A stretch of DNA of 63,996 nucleotides, filler included, from Sphacelaria rigidula (Eukaryota), in assembly GCA_964200075.2 (NCBI GenBank). It is 3 parts of 3 records of this genome, joined end to end, with 100 filler letters (N's around TTAATTAATTAA, not from the genome) between each part and the next. Parts side by side here need not be neighbours in the genome. Positions count along the whole stretch, not along the records: positions 1 to 21,423 come from CAXNAA020000423.1; positions 21,524 to 42,944 come from CAXNAA020000424.1; 1 more part is not named here. One strand, given 5' to 3'. The notes under the pieces are model-generated. The model was given only the letters and a program-made list of their open reading frames with translations. It did not search any database and had not been told where the DNA came from. Shown here one piece after another: positions 13,601 through 26,104 of the stretch; position 1 is the first letter of the stretch, and every line of letters begins with the position of its first letter. A program made the position numbers and the translations under genes.

Positions 13601-14369
13601 CTGAAAGCACACATCATCTCGACGCGCTGTATGCATTGCCCTCTTCGTGACGGGGTTTGGCCCTGTTGGGGGTGGGCTGCTGAGGCGCCACTATGCTATT
13701 ATATATATTGTCGCATTCCTTCCGAGGTCACCTGTGGTTATTGAATCCTCCGACGTAGGTACCTTGACGATGTGGTAAAACGAGACTGCCTTCGCCATCC
13801 CTTCTATTTGATGCCCACGTACCAACGTATGTCTCGCCGGTGGCAGGACAGCTAAAAGAACCTTCCCCGCAGGCCTCTCCTCGACTGAAGTGTCCTTCGT
13901 ACTGTCGGCCATCCGACCAAAGTTTTCTTCCTAGCCCATCTATCTCGCCGTCCACGAAATTTCCCTCGAATGTGCTCCCTCCCTCGACAGTGAAATGACC
14001 CTCGCCGTTCTTGTAGCCGTTCGACCATTTTCCTTGGAACCTGCATCATTATCATTGTCGTGAATGTTTTCTGTACTGTATATCGCACCCCATAACAATA
14101 ATAGAAGAGAACACAGCTGCTCTGACTAGCAACATGACTGGCTTACGGTTATGCATCAAAACAATCGCGCGGCCTCGATCGTGATCAAGCAAGCGAGCGC
14201 CTTCTCCTTCTCTTGCTGCTGCTGATGATGCTGTTGCCCCGCATGTTTATGGATCAATTTTCCTAAATGCAATCACGACAAACCTGAAAGCTGTATTGGG
14301 GTAGTTGTACTGCCCGTTGCCGTGCCTCAGAAGTTTGAGATTGACCTCGCCTTTGTAGTGGTTTGTCAT
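1631..14369 (-). CDS. MORN1: MORN repeat-containing protein 1-like, multi-exon, with extra C-terminal LamG/ConA-like region
   Basis: Phase-consistent GT-AG exons: 14369-14284 (MTNHYKGEVNLKLLRHGNGQYNYPNTAFR), 14040-13732 (FQGKWSNGYKNGEG...FEGNFVDGEIDGLGRKLWSDGRQYEGHF), 4860-4359 (YHGKGRLVLENGFQYTGEF...FAGEWKDG), 4081-3944 (SEESGRTLSVSLHQ), 3151-~1631. The YNYPNxxFRFxGxW, FVDGEIxG and ESGRxLxxS motifs match the MORN1 family. The 3' end is uncertain. Confidence 0.8.
1780..2070 (-). other. LamG/concanavalin-A-like fold segment in the large MORN1-like exon
   Basis: DSGAWHSFALAVD...VVLFLDG...LSIGG...VKNLAVYNTRL follows the WHxxAxxxD...LFxDG...LxIG...YNxxL pattern. Confidence 0.6.
2103..2166 (-). 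repeat. Coding 9-bp tandem repeat (EEK)n
   Basis: Alternating ttctcctct/ttttcctct units; translates EEKEEKEEKEEKEEKEEK. Confidence 0.9.
6776..6880 (+). repeat. Dispersed repeat fragment shared with 25466-25558
   Basis: gcgcctcatatgggcgacaatggcgaaaacgaccccaag...ttcccggct...tgtgct vs gcgcctcatatcataatgggcgacatcggcgagagcgaacccaag...ttcccagct...tgtgct. Confidence 0.65.
7457..7872 (+). repeat. 5' LTR
   Basis: tgttcaatatagttgatctacgaacataag...cattcgaata; about 14 mismatches to the 3' LTR in the first ~130 nt (hand count). Confidence 0.95.
7912..12760 (+). pseudogene. Copia gag-pol, fragmented
   Basis: Zinc knuckle CYRCLEPGHRWFDC (~9003-9044); protease WIADSEATFHMT (~9183); integrase HCVQGH...CTGC, FVDL..VRSDD..NGVAER (ORF 9564-10802); RT YGLKQSGRAWY...HVDD; RNase H YVDAEYA...SKHIDIRYHF (ORFs 11643-12557, 12548-12802). 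Confidence 0.95.
12893..13307 (+). repeat. 3' LTR
   Basis: Direct repeat of 7457-7872, preceded by agggaggg and followed by TSD agccc. Confidence 0.95.
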
Positions 14370-15417
14370 CGCGAATGCATCAGTACTACTACCCTACAGG
14401 GTTGCCTCATTGTGAAGAAGCAGTGGGTAATTTTGTTGGAAAACACGCCTCGTCCCGTTATATATGTACCTGTTCGCGTGTATATCTTTCTGCTGAAGAG
14501 CCCCGCTCACTCATTCATTCGTCTTTTGGAAGCATCTGAGTTACTTTCTCCCTCAGGCCCTTCACTTACACAAAACGCCTTCAAACAGACATCAAGTGGA
14601 AGACAAACGCTGTACAGGCGATATATGCTGTACATACAGATGCATTCTTTTTACGGTGATTCATCACCCCTAATAACACGCGGATACACGCACTCTCCGA
14701 CTTCCTATTTATTATTTCCCTGCAGTCCGATTCCCCCGTGTAAGTTGTATACTTGGACACAGCACGTTGTTGGCAACACGCATATTTATTATTGTCTCCT
14801 GTACGTACGTAGACGAGTCGTTAATGTCGGGAACAAAAACACCTTCACACCCCGAGCACACCCGCATAACCACGCTTCTTATATGATCATGTACCATCCC
14901 GCCACACATCCTTCCCTCCTTCATTGTTGCATTCTAGCGGTTGCGTTTTCCTAACAACTAAAACCTTCGCTCTCACTTTCGTACTACCGCTGCAGATTAC
15001 CTACGAGACTCAGTATTTGTCAGGACACTTCGTGGTAGAAGAGGGTCGAACATCACTGAAATAATGTTGGAAATAGCATCCTATTTTCGGCCGCGGGTCT
15101 GACCGTTGTACTAAACACATATGAAAAGCAGAAAGTGTGTCCAGGTAACAAACTCACATCACCACCTAGCCGTACTTTCCATACCCCACCCCAGACACCG
15201 AAGTGCGTCGCACACAACGGTATCATCACTCCTTTCCCACGAAGGAAGCATCGGACGGGAAAATCCATAGAAGATAAGTGACGCTGCAGCGATCTTCTTT
15301 TTTCGGTGATACGTTGGTGTAGCTTGCTTGTAGCATTTTCAAGCTCCTTTGCCGGGCGCAACCAGCGGGAGGGCACCGTAGAAAGAAATAAGGAGGGAGA
15401 CTGGGAGTGAGGCTATC
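14370..15417. promoter_or_regulatory. Divergent intergenic region, candidate bidirectional promoter
   Basis: MORN1-like ATG (14369, minus) and ASF1 ATG (15418, plus) point apart, about 1.05 kb from each other. No specific motif identified. Confidence 0.45.
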
Positions 15418-18400
15418 ATGGCGCTTGTGAACGTAACCAACGTTGTGGTACTGGACAACCCGACCACCTTCACCAACCCCCTCACGTTCGAGGTCACGTT
15501 CGAGTGCTTGCAAGAGCTTGATGCTGGTGAGTAAATTCAGCCGCGGTTTTACTGATTTTCATCTTCTCTTTCTTCCGTGTTTTCGACATTTCAAATCTCG
15601 GTCTGGCCAGTGGGCAGCGTTGGGTTGTGTGCCCCAACACCAAACCCACCGGAACATGAAACACTACCTCGACATTGTCAGAGATTTTTTCAGGCCCTTC
15701 AAAATCACTGAAAGAGCGGGCCAAGCGGTTTCCTTCGTGCATGGGGTGGTCCTCACGGATCCTTTTCTTGAATCAGTGTACACGAGCATGGTCAACCACC
15801 ACAAGTAGGGCTTTCGATTTTTGCAGTGGGCGACCGATACTGCGCCCAGCCAGCTTGCGTTTTCGAACCGACTGAACCCGCGAAAAACAAACGGCAGCGC
15901 TTGTTGGTCTTTGGTGACGGGGTCCTCTATTTCGCAAAATGCGCGAACTCGCATTAGTCGCAGACGTGCTGTGTGAAGTTGGCGCGTATTTCGTCCAAGC
16001 AGTTCACGGTCTATTTGGTTTGTATGAAGTGTTGGATCACCAACCCCGCCTCAACTGGTGAGCGACTCAGACGATTTAGTTGTGTACTGTCTGTACCGCA
16101 GCATTGCTTGACACACATTGATTTTTTAATTTTTAATTTTTAATTTTTAATTTTTTGATTTTTGAAATCGAAAATCTTGAAACCTCGAAACCTTGAAAAA
16201 TCTTGGACACCCACTTTCAAGTAACAAGCTACCGACTAAGGTCACTGTTTACTGTCTGTGTCGATTAACGGTCGTGGCTCAATGTGAAACAGTTTTTGCG
16301 CCTTCTCATTTCATCTTGCAACAAGAATCGCAAACACGACGAGGCGGGCGTATCACTTGTGCGTTGAACACCACTGCGACCTCTGAACCGTCCCGGGTGG
16401 TATAGTTATACTGTGCTGTACTGGCTACTGATGTACCAGCAGTATTCAAGAAACGCATTTGAAAATTTTCAAGTACAACCGGCAAAAACAGCTCTCTTAT
16501 ACATCTTAACCAATCGGCGCGCAACCCTACACCCCGTGCCCGTTTAAGACCAAGTGTGTGGGCGCACTTTCAGCTGTCGTATGCATATTATAGCTCTTTC
16601 TGCAGATATTGAACCACGTCAACTACGTTGTCTACCTACTGTCCTCGTGAGGGGTCGGCACCGGCGCACAAGGAGGACAACGAAAAGACCAAGAAACATC
16701 GACGTTCACCAAAAGCACTACCCTGGGAATTTCAATTCTGCCGTGTACAAACGACTGCCGTATTGCGATGAATCATTTGTAGTGTCGGTGCATTCGAGCA
16801 ATCACGAACCACTCTGTTTCGACTACTGTATTGCAATGAAGGCGAAGTCTGCGAGGAAGACCCTGTTACGTTGTTTTTCATTGAATGAATCCTCTTGGTG
16901 TCGGGTTAGGGCCTGTCTTGGGCCAACTCTTGCGATCGAAAACGATTGTTTTTCCCTTCGTTGCATTCTTCTCCGCGCGCCGCTAATCATAATTTTGAGT
17001 TGAGGCCTTCAAGGAACATAGATGCGGTGGACCTATGAGATCGGCCAAAATTAAACCGACCGCACTTTTTCGATAAAAAAATGAAGTGCTACGACAGGCC
17101 CTTACGGTCAAATCACCACGTAAAAAATTCTGTGTTCGCACCACCTGCATCGGTTTACCGCCCTCAACTACGGTACCTCGCTCCTGACTTTTAGACTTGT
17201 GGAAATTCAAGATCCGCCGAACTGTTCCCGCCTGTTGGCCCCACATATCTTGCCATATTTTGATATCTTCTTCTTGGTTCTAAATGTGTAGGCGATCTCC
17301 CCATTTTGTTTCTTGTGTGGTGAAATCCCGAAGCTGGCCCTGATTATGACCATGGTCCATATCCACCCTTTTGGCGTATGTTTTCAACAATTGGACGTGA
17401 TTTTTGGGCGTCGGGGGTTCAGACTTGGAGTGGAAGGTGATTTACGTTGGGAGCGCGGAGGACGAGCGATTCGACCAGGTGAGAGCAGCAGAGAGGGGAT
17501 GGAAATTGCATCCAAACGGTAATAATGACCGTGCACCCCTGTTTAGTTGTGGGGGGTGTTGCAACTTGATTTTTTTCAGACGAGCAAAAAAAACTCGACG
17601 AAATATGCAGGCGTTTTCCTACTGATACCGTATCCTGTAGTCATAAGCCGAGTTAAATTCGTTTTTGAAGTGCGTAAGGCGACCTCAACTTGGTTATCCA
17701 AGGCACGGTCGGTGACGGGAAGTACTGACTTGTTTCCAGCTTTACACGTGGGTAATTAGTTTCATTTTTTTGTGCGAGTAAGAAAATGAGTCGATCGACC
17801 GACACAGCACAGCTGACGTATCGACACAAAAAGTGAGACGCTATCCCCCGTGATCCTGCACAGGCCAAACAACACACATTGCCAATAACCCGAGGTTCCC
17901 TACCCACCTTCCCGCTCGAAGACCTTGCCGGTCGTCCGCGGCTTCGGTGTCTATACGGTTGATCCATCTTGATCCTTGTACTGCATGATTATTATTGCTC
18001 CCCCTCCCCCCCCATCTTAACCTTGAGACGGCGAGATTAGTCTTTCTGGATCATGCATACTTTATTTCACTTGGAATTGATGCCCATTCAACAGAAGGCT
18101 AACCTCGCGGTCCAAGGGTTAAGTCGCCCCGTTCGATGAACGCGACTTGTCTCTGTTCGCTTGTTTTCGGATATTAAGGCCGCTTCATATGGCAAGCGAG
18201 GAAAAATGAAGAATTGCCTTTTTGGAGCTTCTGCGTCGTTTGACGCCCCTTTAAACTATCTTTTATCGCACTCACCAATTTCCATTTTTGCGAGACTGGG
18301 GTGAAGGAAATTCGGGGAACGCATTCTATCAATCCCGATTTGGACCAAATCGGGGTATCACGTGCCTGCCAACGCAGGGTGTGCCTGCCCGCGCCAGCTG

Positions 18401-20786
18401 CTTGAGCAGCTTTGCACGGGGTTTAACAAGTGGATAACAAGTGTTGACGCCGTACCCTGCAGCTGTGTTGATATTTTATGCTGCACTGCGCTGCCATATC
18501 GATCACCATAACGAACGGTACTGCACTATCCTCGTCTCCAGTCTCTGTACTTGAAATGTAATTTATGCACTCTACTGCGGAACTCCTCTCACTCATTGTT
18601 TGTTCGTTGTTTTCGCAACGCCGACTGTGCCGTCATGTTTCACCACACGGCATCGTCATGTACTGTAATGATGGAGTGTCCTGCGCTGTATTACCCGAGG
18701 GTACCACGGTACGCCACTGTACTCGAAGGATTATTCACCGCCTATCTGCTCTTCGGCTTCATGCACGAGTACGCGATATCACACACATGCAGAAAATGAC
18801 TATACTGTGTGTACAGAACTGTCTCACGAATCTGTGACGCCATTAATCGGTCCCCCCGAATTTGATCGGGGTCTCGAAAAATTCGAGATTCGTTGCCATG
18901 AAAGATGGTCTCAAGAGAGCTAGGCGCGTTTTGATACCTTGGAATAACTTGCTGTACTCGATGAGACGGTTTCAGCACACCTGCGCGTTTTCCGGTGGCC
19001 GCAATTTTTTTCTTGACTAAACTTGCATTTTCGTCGGGGAGCTCATTTGTCTCGGAGATCGGTCAAGTCCACGCAAACTTTGCAATCTTGTGCGGACTTG
19101 ACCGGTCTCCGAGACAAATGCAAGTTTGGCCAAGGAAGAAACAGCGGCCACAGAAAACACGCGCAGGTGTGCTAGAACGGTCTCATCGAATACAGGAAGG
19201 CTTTCCGAGGTGTCAAAATCTGCCTAGCTCTCCAGTAGGGCGTCGAACGAAGCAGGGCCCCCCAAAAGGCAGTTTTCCAGATTGTTATCCTTGTTCACCA
19301 CAACAAGCGGCCTAAGTTTTTTTCTTCTATTTTCTGAAGGAGTGTTCAAGGGTTGAATGGAGAGCACTTGGTTCGTGTGGTTCTTTTGTTTTTTTCATCG
19401 GTACAATCGGCTGTTTGCTGCTTCACATGTCATCTACCGACAGGTGCTGGAGGAAGTGGACGTGGGGCCTATCCCTGTCGGGGTCAACAAGTTTGTACTC
19501 ACAGCAGGTACGATGACGAACAGACCATTACATACTTTGAGCCGAGTTCACGAAGCTCTTGACAGTGTTTGGTTAAATGGATTCAAATGTCCCCATCATG
19601 CTGTACTGCTGTCGTGTCGTTAAGGACAAGTTGTCGTACCGAGGAATGTACCCGTGATACATTGGATTCATCATGTTCTTCATCAGAACAATCAAAATGC
19701 TTGAATATTCTACAAGTTGGTTTTTGTATCCACAGCTGTCCAATCGTTGTCCCTGGTCACAACTGTACCTCTCACGTCTTACCAGGTACAGTTATTATTA
19801 TTACCATCATTATTGTTATATTCGTCACATTAGGTCGATCTCTCGAGCCCGTGGTCACGGAGTGCAAGGAGCATACCACCCATACCCGTAACACCAACCG
19901 CCCGCAGAGGAAGGCGAGAAACGAAACATCTATACGAAAAAGGGCACCTACACCTACACTACGGAGGACCGATTGAACTACAGGAGACCGACCAACCTGA
20001 TTCTCAAAAATCCCTGTGTTTGACCCCTCCCGACTATCTTGCCACACACTGGCGTATACACATGGTGTTAACAGCGAGTAAGACGGTAATCGAAACTGTC
20101 GCATCCATTTTTTTTTTCCGATCCTCCTATCTGACGTTTAGTCTCCGCTGCGCAGGCTCTGTAGAGGACCTCTTTGAGCAGCACTCTAGACAGTGAATAT
20201 ATTTCATTACATCAGTAAGGGTTAAAAAAAAGTCGAAAATACTGTTGCCGTAGCGTCCGCCTCCTCCTCCGGAGTAAGGTAGAGCAAATGAGCCGCTTAC
20301 CCCCCCCCCGGACGCCGCCGGCGTTTCAAGATGTCTGTGTTGTTGGGGCACCCTACAATCACAGGTTATCAACCGTCGAGCATACCGCAACCTGTCACTC
20401 ACTCGAAACTATTGTTCGAGCGTTACGTCAGGTATCCCTTCTGCTACATCGTATACTCCATAACGCACTCCAGCAATTGAAATTCCTGTATGAAACCTTC
20501 CTGTTCCGTCTCCTTTACGGGACAACTTTCCCCACCACCACCACCATCCCTGTGCCCTGTTATCTCTGCTGATCTGCCGCGTCGCCTCGTCTCACTGCTT
20601 TTTCGCCTGTATGATTTGTTTCGCCCAATTTCAGATTCGCCTGATCCTGCGACGATTCCACCCACGGACTTGGTGGGGGTAACGGTGACGCTCATCACGT
20701 GCTGTTACAAGTCCAAGGAGTTCATCCGCGTTGGTTACTACGTGAACAACGAGCACACGGACCCGGCGATAAACGCAGAAATACAA
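15418..20786 (+). CDS. ASF1: Histone H3-H4 chaperone ASF1 (3' exon(s) not found, probably in gap 21424-21523)
   Basis: Exons 15418-15526 (MALVNVTNVVVLDNPTTFTNPLTFEVTFECLQELDA), 17423-17478 (DLEWKVIYVGSAEDERFDQ), 19444-19507 (VLEEVDVGPIPVGVNKFVLTA), 20635-20786 (DSPDP...GVTVTLITCCYKSKEFIRVGYYVNNE); GT-AG, phases consistent. Confidence 0.97.
18209..19278. mobile_element. Palindromic MITE copy 2 in ASF1 intron 2, left arm interrupted by ~660 bp
   Basis: 18914-19255 is self-complementary about cggtcaagtcc...ggacttgaccgg and aligns to 243-570; the left tip cttctgcgtcgtttgacgcccc sits at 18228-18249. Confidence 0.7.
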
Positions 20787-21017
20787 GTGAGGGCATTTTT
20801 CTCTCATTATCTCCACCCCGCCCCCGCCCCCGCGTCCTCATTGGCATTTTTGGCGCATTGATGACATTATTCCCCGTTCATGATAATCCAACCCTTTTTG
20901 ACTCGGCATGCAAGAGCAAAATTTGTGTGCCTCCACTGAAAATCCCGAAAATCTCGCAAGTCAACAGGCTAGGAAATGAAAAGTTTCACAAGTACTCCCC
21001 ACTATTGGAGCAGTAGA

Positions 21018-21280
21018 CCTTACCGATTGGTCGTACGAAATCGTTGGTACTTGAGAGGGGCTGGTAGTCCCAAGTGCTCCTAGCTCGTCCACGACGATTT
21101 TTCGTCCAAAATCGGCGCTGCAGGCATAAATTTGAGGTCTCGCAAGGCACACCTGGCCACTTTGGACCCACCCCCCTTGCCTGAGGGTTCTCGGTATACC
21201 TTAGTCGGGGTCAGGGTTGGGGTTGACTTTGGGGTTGGCGGCACCTCCATAGTACCATTATGTACGACCAATGGGAAAGG
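21018..21280 (+). mobile_element. Short element with inverted repeats and decayed telomere-like tract
   Basis: ccttaccgattggtcgtac (21018) vs gtacgaccaatgggaaagg (21262-21280); 21109-21240 matches the reverse complement of 22344-22475. Confidence 0.6.
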
Positions 21281-21362
21281 TCCCCCCCTCTTGGGAGTAC
21301 GGCACAGCTCGTCTTTCGTAATTTCCGCGTTTGTTTCAGTCGACATCCTCTCATAATCGTCT

Positions 21363-21395
<33 letters not shown>

Positions 21396-21423
21396 CCACC
21401 AACACAACACAGACACCCAAAAC

Positions 21424-21523
21424 NNNNNNNNNNNNNNNNNNNNNNNNNNNNNNNNNNNNNNNNNNNNTTAATTAATTAANNNNNNNNNNNNNNNNNNNNN
21501 NNNNNNNNNNNNNNNNNNNNNNN
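21424..21523. other. Assembly gap with artificial TTAATTAATTAA linker
   Basis: N44-TTAATTAATTAA-N44, identical in structure to 42945-43044. Confidence 0.95.
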
Positions 21524-22343
21524 GTTTGTTGGGGTGGGGATGTTGCGGAGCTGGGTTGGACGCAGCATGTGCCGGGTGGGAGGGGGGGGTGGGTAATTGG
21601 GTAGAAGACACCATGGTAAACATGCCTTACGGAGCTGCTTCAGCACATCAATATCTAGCTCCGCACAACCCTACAGGCTTAGATTATTGTTTTTTTTTAT
21701 GTTAGGTCAATTAGATCGAGTGGCCGACAAACTGATTCGCCCTCTTTCTCTCTCTCTCTTTCTCAGGAAAAAAAGTTGTACGTCACACAACGCCCCAGTG
21801 ATGGCTTTTGAATGATCGATTCGCACTCGTCAAAGTTTCAGGTCCGAACTTTTGAACCTCGAGTCATGAATTCCGCTCCGGGGATTTGAGCGATTTGGCC
21901 TAACGTTTGCCCGATGTGTTGGCATTTTGGCATTTGTCTTTCACTGTATTTTCCCCTGTCTTCCCACGAAAAACACAGTTCACTGCCTTCGGACATCCGA
22001 TGCACTGCTGTTGCACACACAAGGAACAGCGTCCAAAGATGTTGTACTAATTGTAGCTCGTGTCCCTACTATGTGCGCCCTGGAGACAGTTTGTTGTCTC
22101 AAGAGTGGCCCCAGCCTGTAGCACGCGTTGGACGAAAGAGACTCTTGTGCTGCGTCAATAGACGTATTTAAGCTCATGAAGATTATCTGGAGAATCTGCT
22201 GACATCGTTAAACAGCACCAGGTGGAGAAAACATGAATTTTAAAGAATTAAGCATTTTTAGCAACACCGCGCAACCGTCCATCTTGGAGGCTAGATTACC
22301 ATTTGGTGGACATGGAACTTTCTCGGAAATTTACGGTTTCGAA

Positions 22344-22475
22344 TAACCCTAACCCTAACCCTAACCCTCACCCAACGAAGGCATGCCGAGAACCCACGGA
22401 CAGGGGGGGTGCAACGTGTCCCTTAGGTAAAGTGTGCGTTGCGATACTTCATGTCGGCGCCGCAGGCGCCGATTG
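22344..22475 (-). mobile_element. Interstitial (CCCTAA)n tract inside a dispersed element
   Basis: taaccctaaccctaaccctaaccctcaccc followed by sequence homologous, inverted, to 21109-21240. Confidence 0.7.
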
Positions 22476-22955
22476 AGAAGGAAACGCGGTTTGCGCACGC
22501 TAGGAGCACAGCCCCAATCAAAGATCTGGATTTCGGTCGTCCACACTGAAACAAAATCAGAAAGTTCCGTGCCTAGCAAGTGGTAAGCTCTACTGCTATC
22601 TTGAGTAGTCCGTCCCAGTAACACCCTACGGCGGTGATGGTGAGACGACCAAATTTTGGAAGGACCCTAGTTCCATCTGGGTCGGTGTGTTTCTGAGTGG
22701 ATGGAGAGTGCACATGGTAGATTTCCAACACTCGTTCACCTTCCTTTCGCGACAGAGCGGAAGACCTTCGCGTGTTTCTTGGTGACCTCTATCAGCAGCA
22801 GCGATCCTTCGGGAGCCTACGATAAGAACGGCGATAATTCATACGGTTTCCATGATCAGCCTGAACACAAGAGACACTATCGCGGAATGATAGCACAAAA
22901 TACCCACGACTGCAAAAATCACCTATTGATGTTCGTACCTACAGCAGAAAAGAGC

Positions 22956-23175
22956 CGGTCGCCCCGGTGGCTCAGTTGGTAACCTCGAAACCTTCTGACG
23001 GGTGGGTCGTGGGTTCGAATCTCGGTGAAGTCACCTGATGTGGGATTTTTCTCACAACAGTGAAGAACGACCATATCATGGGTACACAACTTCCAATCAG
23101 TTAAAGTGCGATAATCAATCAACGCGTGTTGCAAACTAATCATAGTATAGCCGTACCGTATACTGCGGTACACTA
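22956..23175 (+). mobile_element. tRNA-derived SINE
   Basis: ggtcgccccggTGGCTCAGTTGG (A box)...GGTTCGAATC (B box) at tRNA spacing; no closed acceptor stem; body motif cagttaaagtgcgataatcaat also at ~63163-63185 on the other strand. Confidence 0.75.
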
Positions 23176-24165
23176 TACTTTTGCCGCATACCCATGTATG
23201 TTTCACCGAAAATTACGGACGGTTGCGTTTCAGGTTGCTCTGTTGTTACGGGAGCTACTCTTTCCCCTCCCTCCGCGTGTTTCACCATCTCGGCGGTGGA
23301 GTACTGTTGTGCATGTAGAGATATGACCGTCCGCATGATGGGCGCACGCACCGAAGCTCCCACTGCTCCTCCTGCGGCGCGATAAGCAAATGACGCAGCG
23401 GCAGATACGCCGATTAGGGGAGTATGCGCGAGGTACATATGCTGAGAGCTGCAATATGGAAGCAGTTTGCACCGTGGACAGCGAGGAAGTGCACAGCACG
23501 TGATGAAAAACAAAACAAAACAAAAAGATCAACAACACTTTATTGTGATACAAAAGTCCACGCTAGAAAGAGTGGTTCGTCAACTGACTTCAGACCTCGA
23601 GTATTGGTACGGTAGCATGACACACGGCATGCGAAGCAAACGGGTGTGGGTAGGTCGGTACTGGGGAACATCGGGGTACCTTGTATTAACAACAACCGTA
23701 CGTACAAGCATAGTTGTGTGTGTATGTTGTTGTCGTCCCCATTCACTCTGGACGCCGGTCTACACCTTTATAGTACTGCCGATAACGTCCGTTCATGTGT
23801 CGACGGCACAAGAGTGCGGGACAGTACACTATAAATTGTTCATGCAATGTCCATTCAACGGATAGGACACGTTTGGACATTCGACGGGTTCCACATGTCC
23901 AGTGTTCTAGTCAACCCTTTGACCAAGAAAATATTGGAATCTTACCTAGAGGGAAAAGGTGATACGATTGTACACACGGACCCACATGGACTGCTTCGCG
24001 GCCGTCAGATTACGAAGGAGTGTTCGTTAAAGTTAAAGCCTGCGTATGCCAATGCTTTGACTGCTCCACGTGTGGTACAATTATCATGATCCTGCATTGT
24101 AAAAACCTCCAGCCTCAAGGGTGAAAGCGGCACCCAGCAGCTGCTGGATATTGACACAAAAGCAT

Positions 24166-24420
24166 AAAAGTCTATAGAAAAACCTACACATGGAGGATGT
24201 GGGATATGTGACGACTTCAAAAATGCACAGCTGCTGTAAACCTCTCATTAAATGCCACCTGCAGTGCAGGCAACACTTTCATGGGACACCACACTAAAAG
24301 TCTATAGAAAAACCTACACTGGAGGATGTGGGATATGTGACGACTTCAAAAATGCACAGCTGCTGTAAACCTCTCATTAAACACCACCTGCAGTGCAGGC
24401 AACACTTCCATGGGACAACA
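24166..24420 (+). repeat. Tandem duplication, 2 x ~129 bp, near-identical
   Basis: taaaagtctatagaaaaacctacac...gcaggcaacactt(t/c)catgggaca begins at 24166 and 24295. Confidence 0.9.
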
Positions 24421-26104
24421 CACATATGTGTTGAGTGCGATTGATGTTTGGTTCGCAGACGCCGCTGTGTCTGAGAGAGAACGAAATAGAACGGAACACG
24501 ATCTGATTTATCCCGTGGCACAAGCAGTTCAGATTGGGACGCGTGGGGTACTACAGCAGTCCACATATACACACGCCGAAAGTAGCCGGCAGGAACTACA
24601 AGCACAGGCTTTCAAGGTTCCAGAGTTGCGGCGCAATACACGTGACGGAGTTAGCACCCCCCCGCGCTGATGAGTTTTCAGGCAAACATTTCTTGGGAAA
24701 CACAAGCCTTGGCCTCCTGAACGATCTGGATCATGCCCTTGGAACAAGACTGGCCACCGAAGATTTCTGAAGAGCATCAGCTGTTGCTACCATGTTCCTT
24801 CACCTGCGGCATTTCCACGAACAATGTGCACTATACAGTGCTGAACGGCAATGCCTGATTCAGTGTATCAGCAGACCTATTGCCGCCTACTAATAACTGT
24901 ACCTATTCTGCTGGTAGCATATTAAAGGTTGAGCGCACCTTGAAGCGGCGCTCTGGCCATGTCGACGGGTGATCTTCCTGATATCCTCTTTGATACTATC
25001 AACTTTGGCAACAAAAACGCGCGAGAAACCACGCAGTATACCACCATAAACACACAAGATCTGAGGGCCATAGCTTGACGCATTGTGCACGTTGCGCGTG
25101 TGCCGTAGATGCCGAAGATGAGGTTTGACATGTACATGAGCCCTGCCCGAGAAATCTTTTTATCCCCTACCATATTCGCCCCTCGCTCAGATCCGCAATG
25201 TTGATGCCCATGATATTCAAGAACGAACGCAAAATACCGCTTGACCGCACGTAAAAGCGGGTGTCAAGACACAGTACACGCCAACTTTCTCTCTCTCATA
25301 GAATTCTAGAGAGCACAAAAAAGGGTGTTTTTAGGTATTACATCCACTAACTGGGACACTCTCTAGGATATCCCTTCCCCTCCCCCCGAACCAGCCGAAA
25401 AGTGTCACGAAATAAATGGCCATACTGTACAGCGACGACTGATGTTTGGGTCCAGACTGCATGAAGCGCCTCATATCATAATGGGCGACATCGGCGAGAG
25501 CGAACCCAAGAGTGTAGAATTCCCAGCTTCTCGTTGTGCTTTTTCATTTCGATTTACGTGAAAAAAAATCTTTCCCAAACCAGGCATTTTTTCGGGGGGG
25601 GTTATGTATCCATGTATCAAGCATGTATCGTAGCGACTGTCCTTGGAAAATGGAAAATGATCATGATTTTCTCGGATTTGAAACCGTCAACAATCTCCAA
25701 CGAAGCGATCAAATACACCGCGTTCATGGATACGAGCGACAAACAAATGCACTGTATGTCTGAGGACCCGAGGGGTACTATCGGCAACCTAAGTGAAACA
25801 ATAGTGTCGAAATCGTCACCAGCAGCTGTCTCAGCAAAGCTTCATACATCACCACTGGCGACCAACAGCCACTCTAAATAGATGTGTGCCGCTTGATCTC
25901 TATTTCCATCAGGGAATCTAATTTGACCAGGGAAATCAGGCGGCAAAATACAGACTACCCTCGTTGTTGATCGAACCGATGTCCATAATCATGGAAAACG
26001 GTGAAGTAAAGTAGTCCCGTCAGTATTCAAAATGCTGCTGTGTTCTCTTGCCAGTATACCCATATCTACATAGAACCAAGTAAGTGGGATTGCATTCGGC
26101 AGGG

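Noticed and set aside
21468..21479. TTAATTAATTAA palindrome (also 42989-43000)
   Set aside because: Centred in identical N runs; an artificial stop-codon scaffolding linker.
22344..22373. True chromosome end
   Set aside because: Only ~5 units, internal, and embedded in a dispersed element.
22958..23035. tRNA gene
   Set aside because: A and B boxes are present but acceptor and anticodon stems do not close; better explained as a SINE head.
24660..24705. ctgatga followed by a short stem
   Set aside because: The stem is followed by ATTT instead of GAAA; no hammerhead core.
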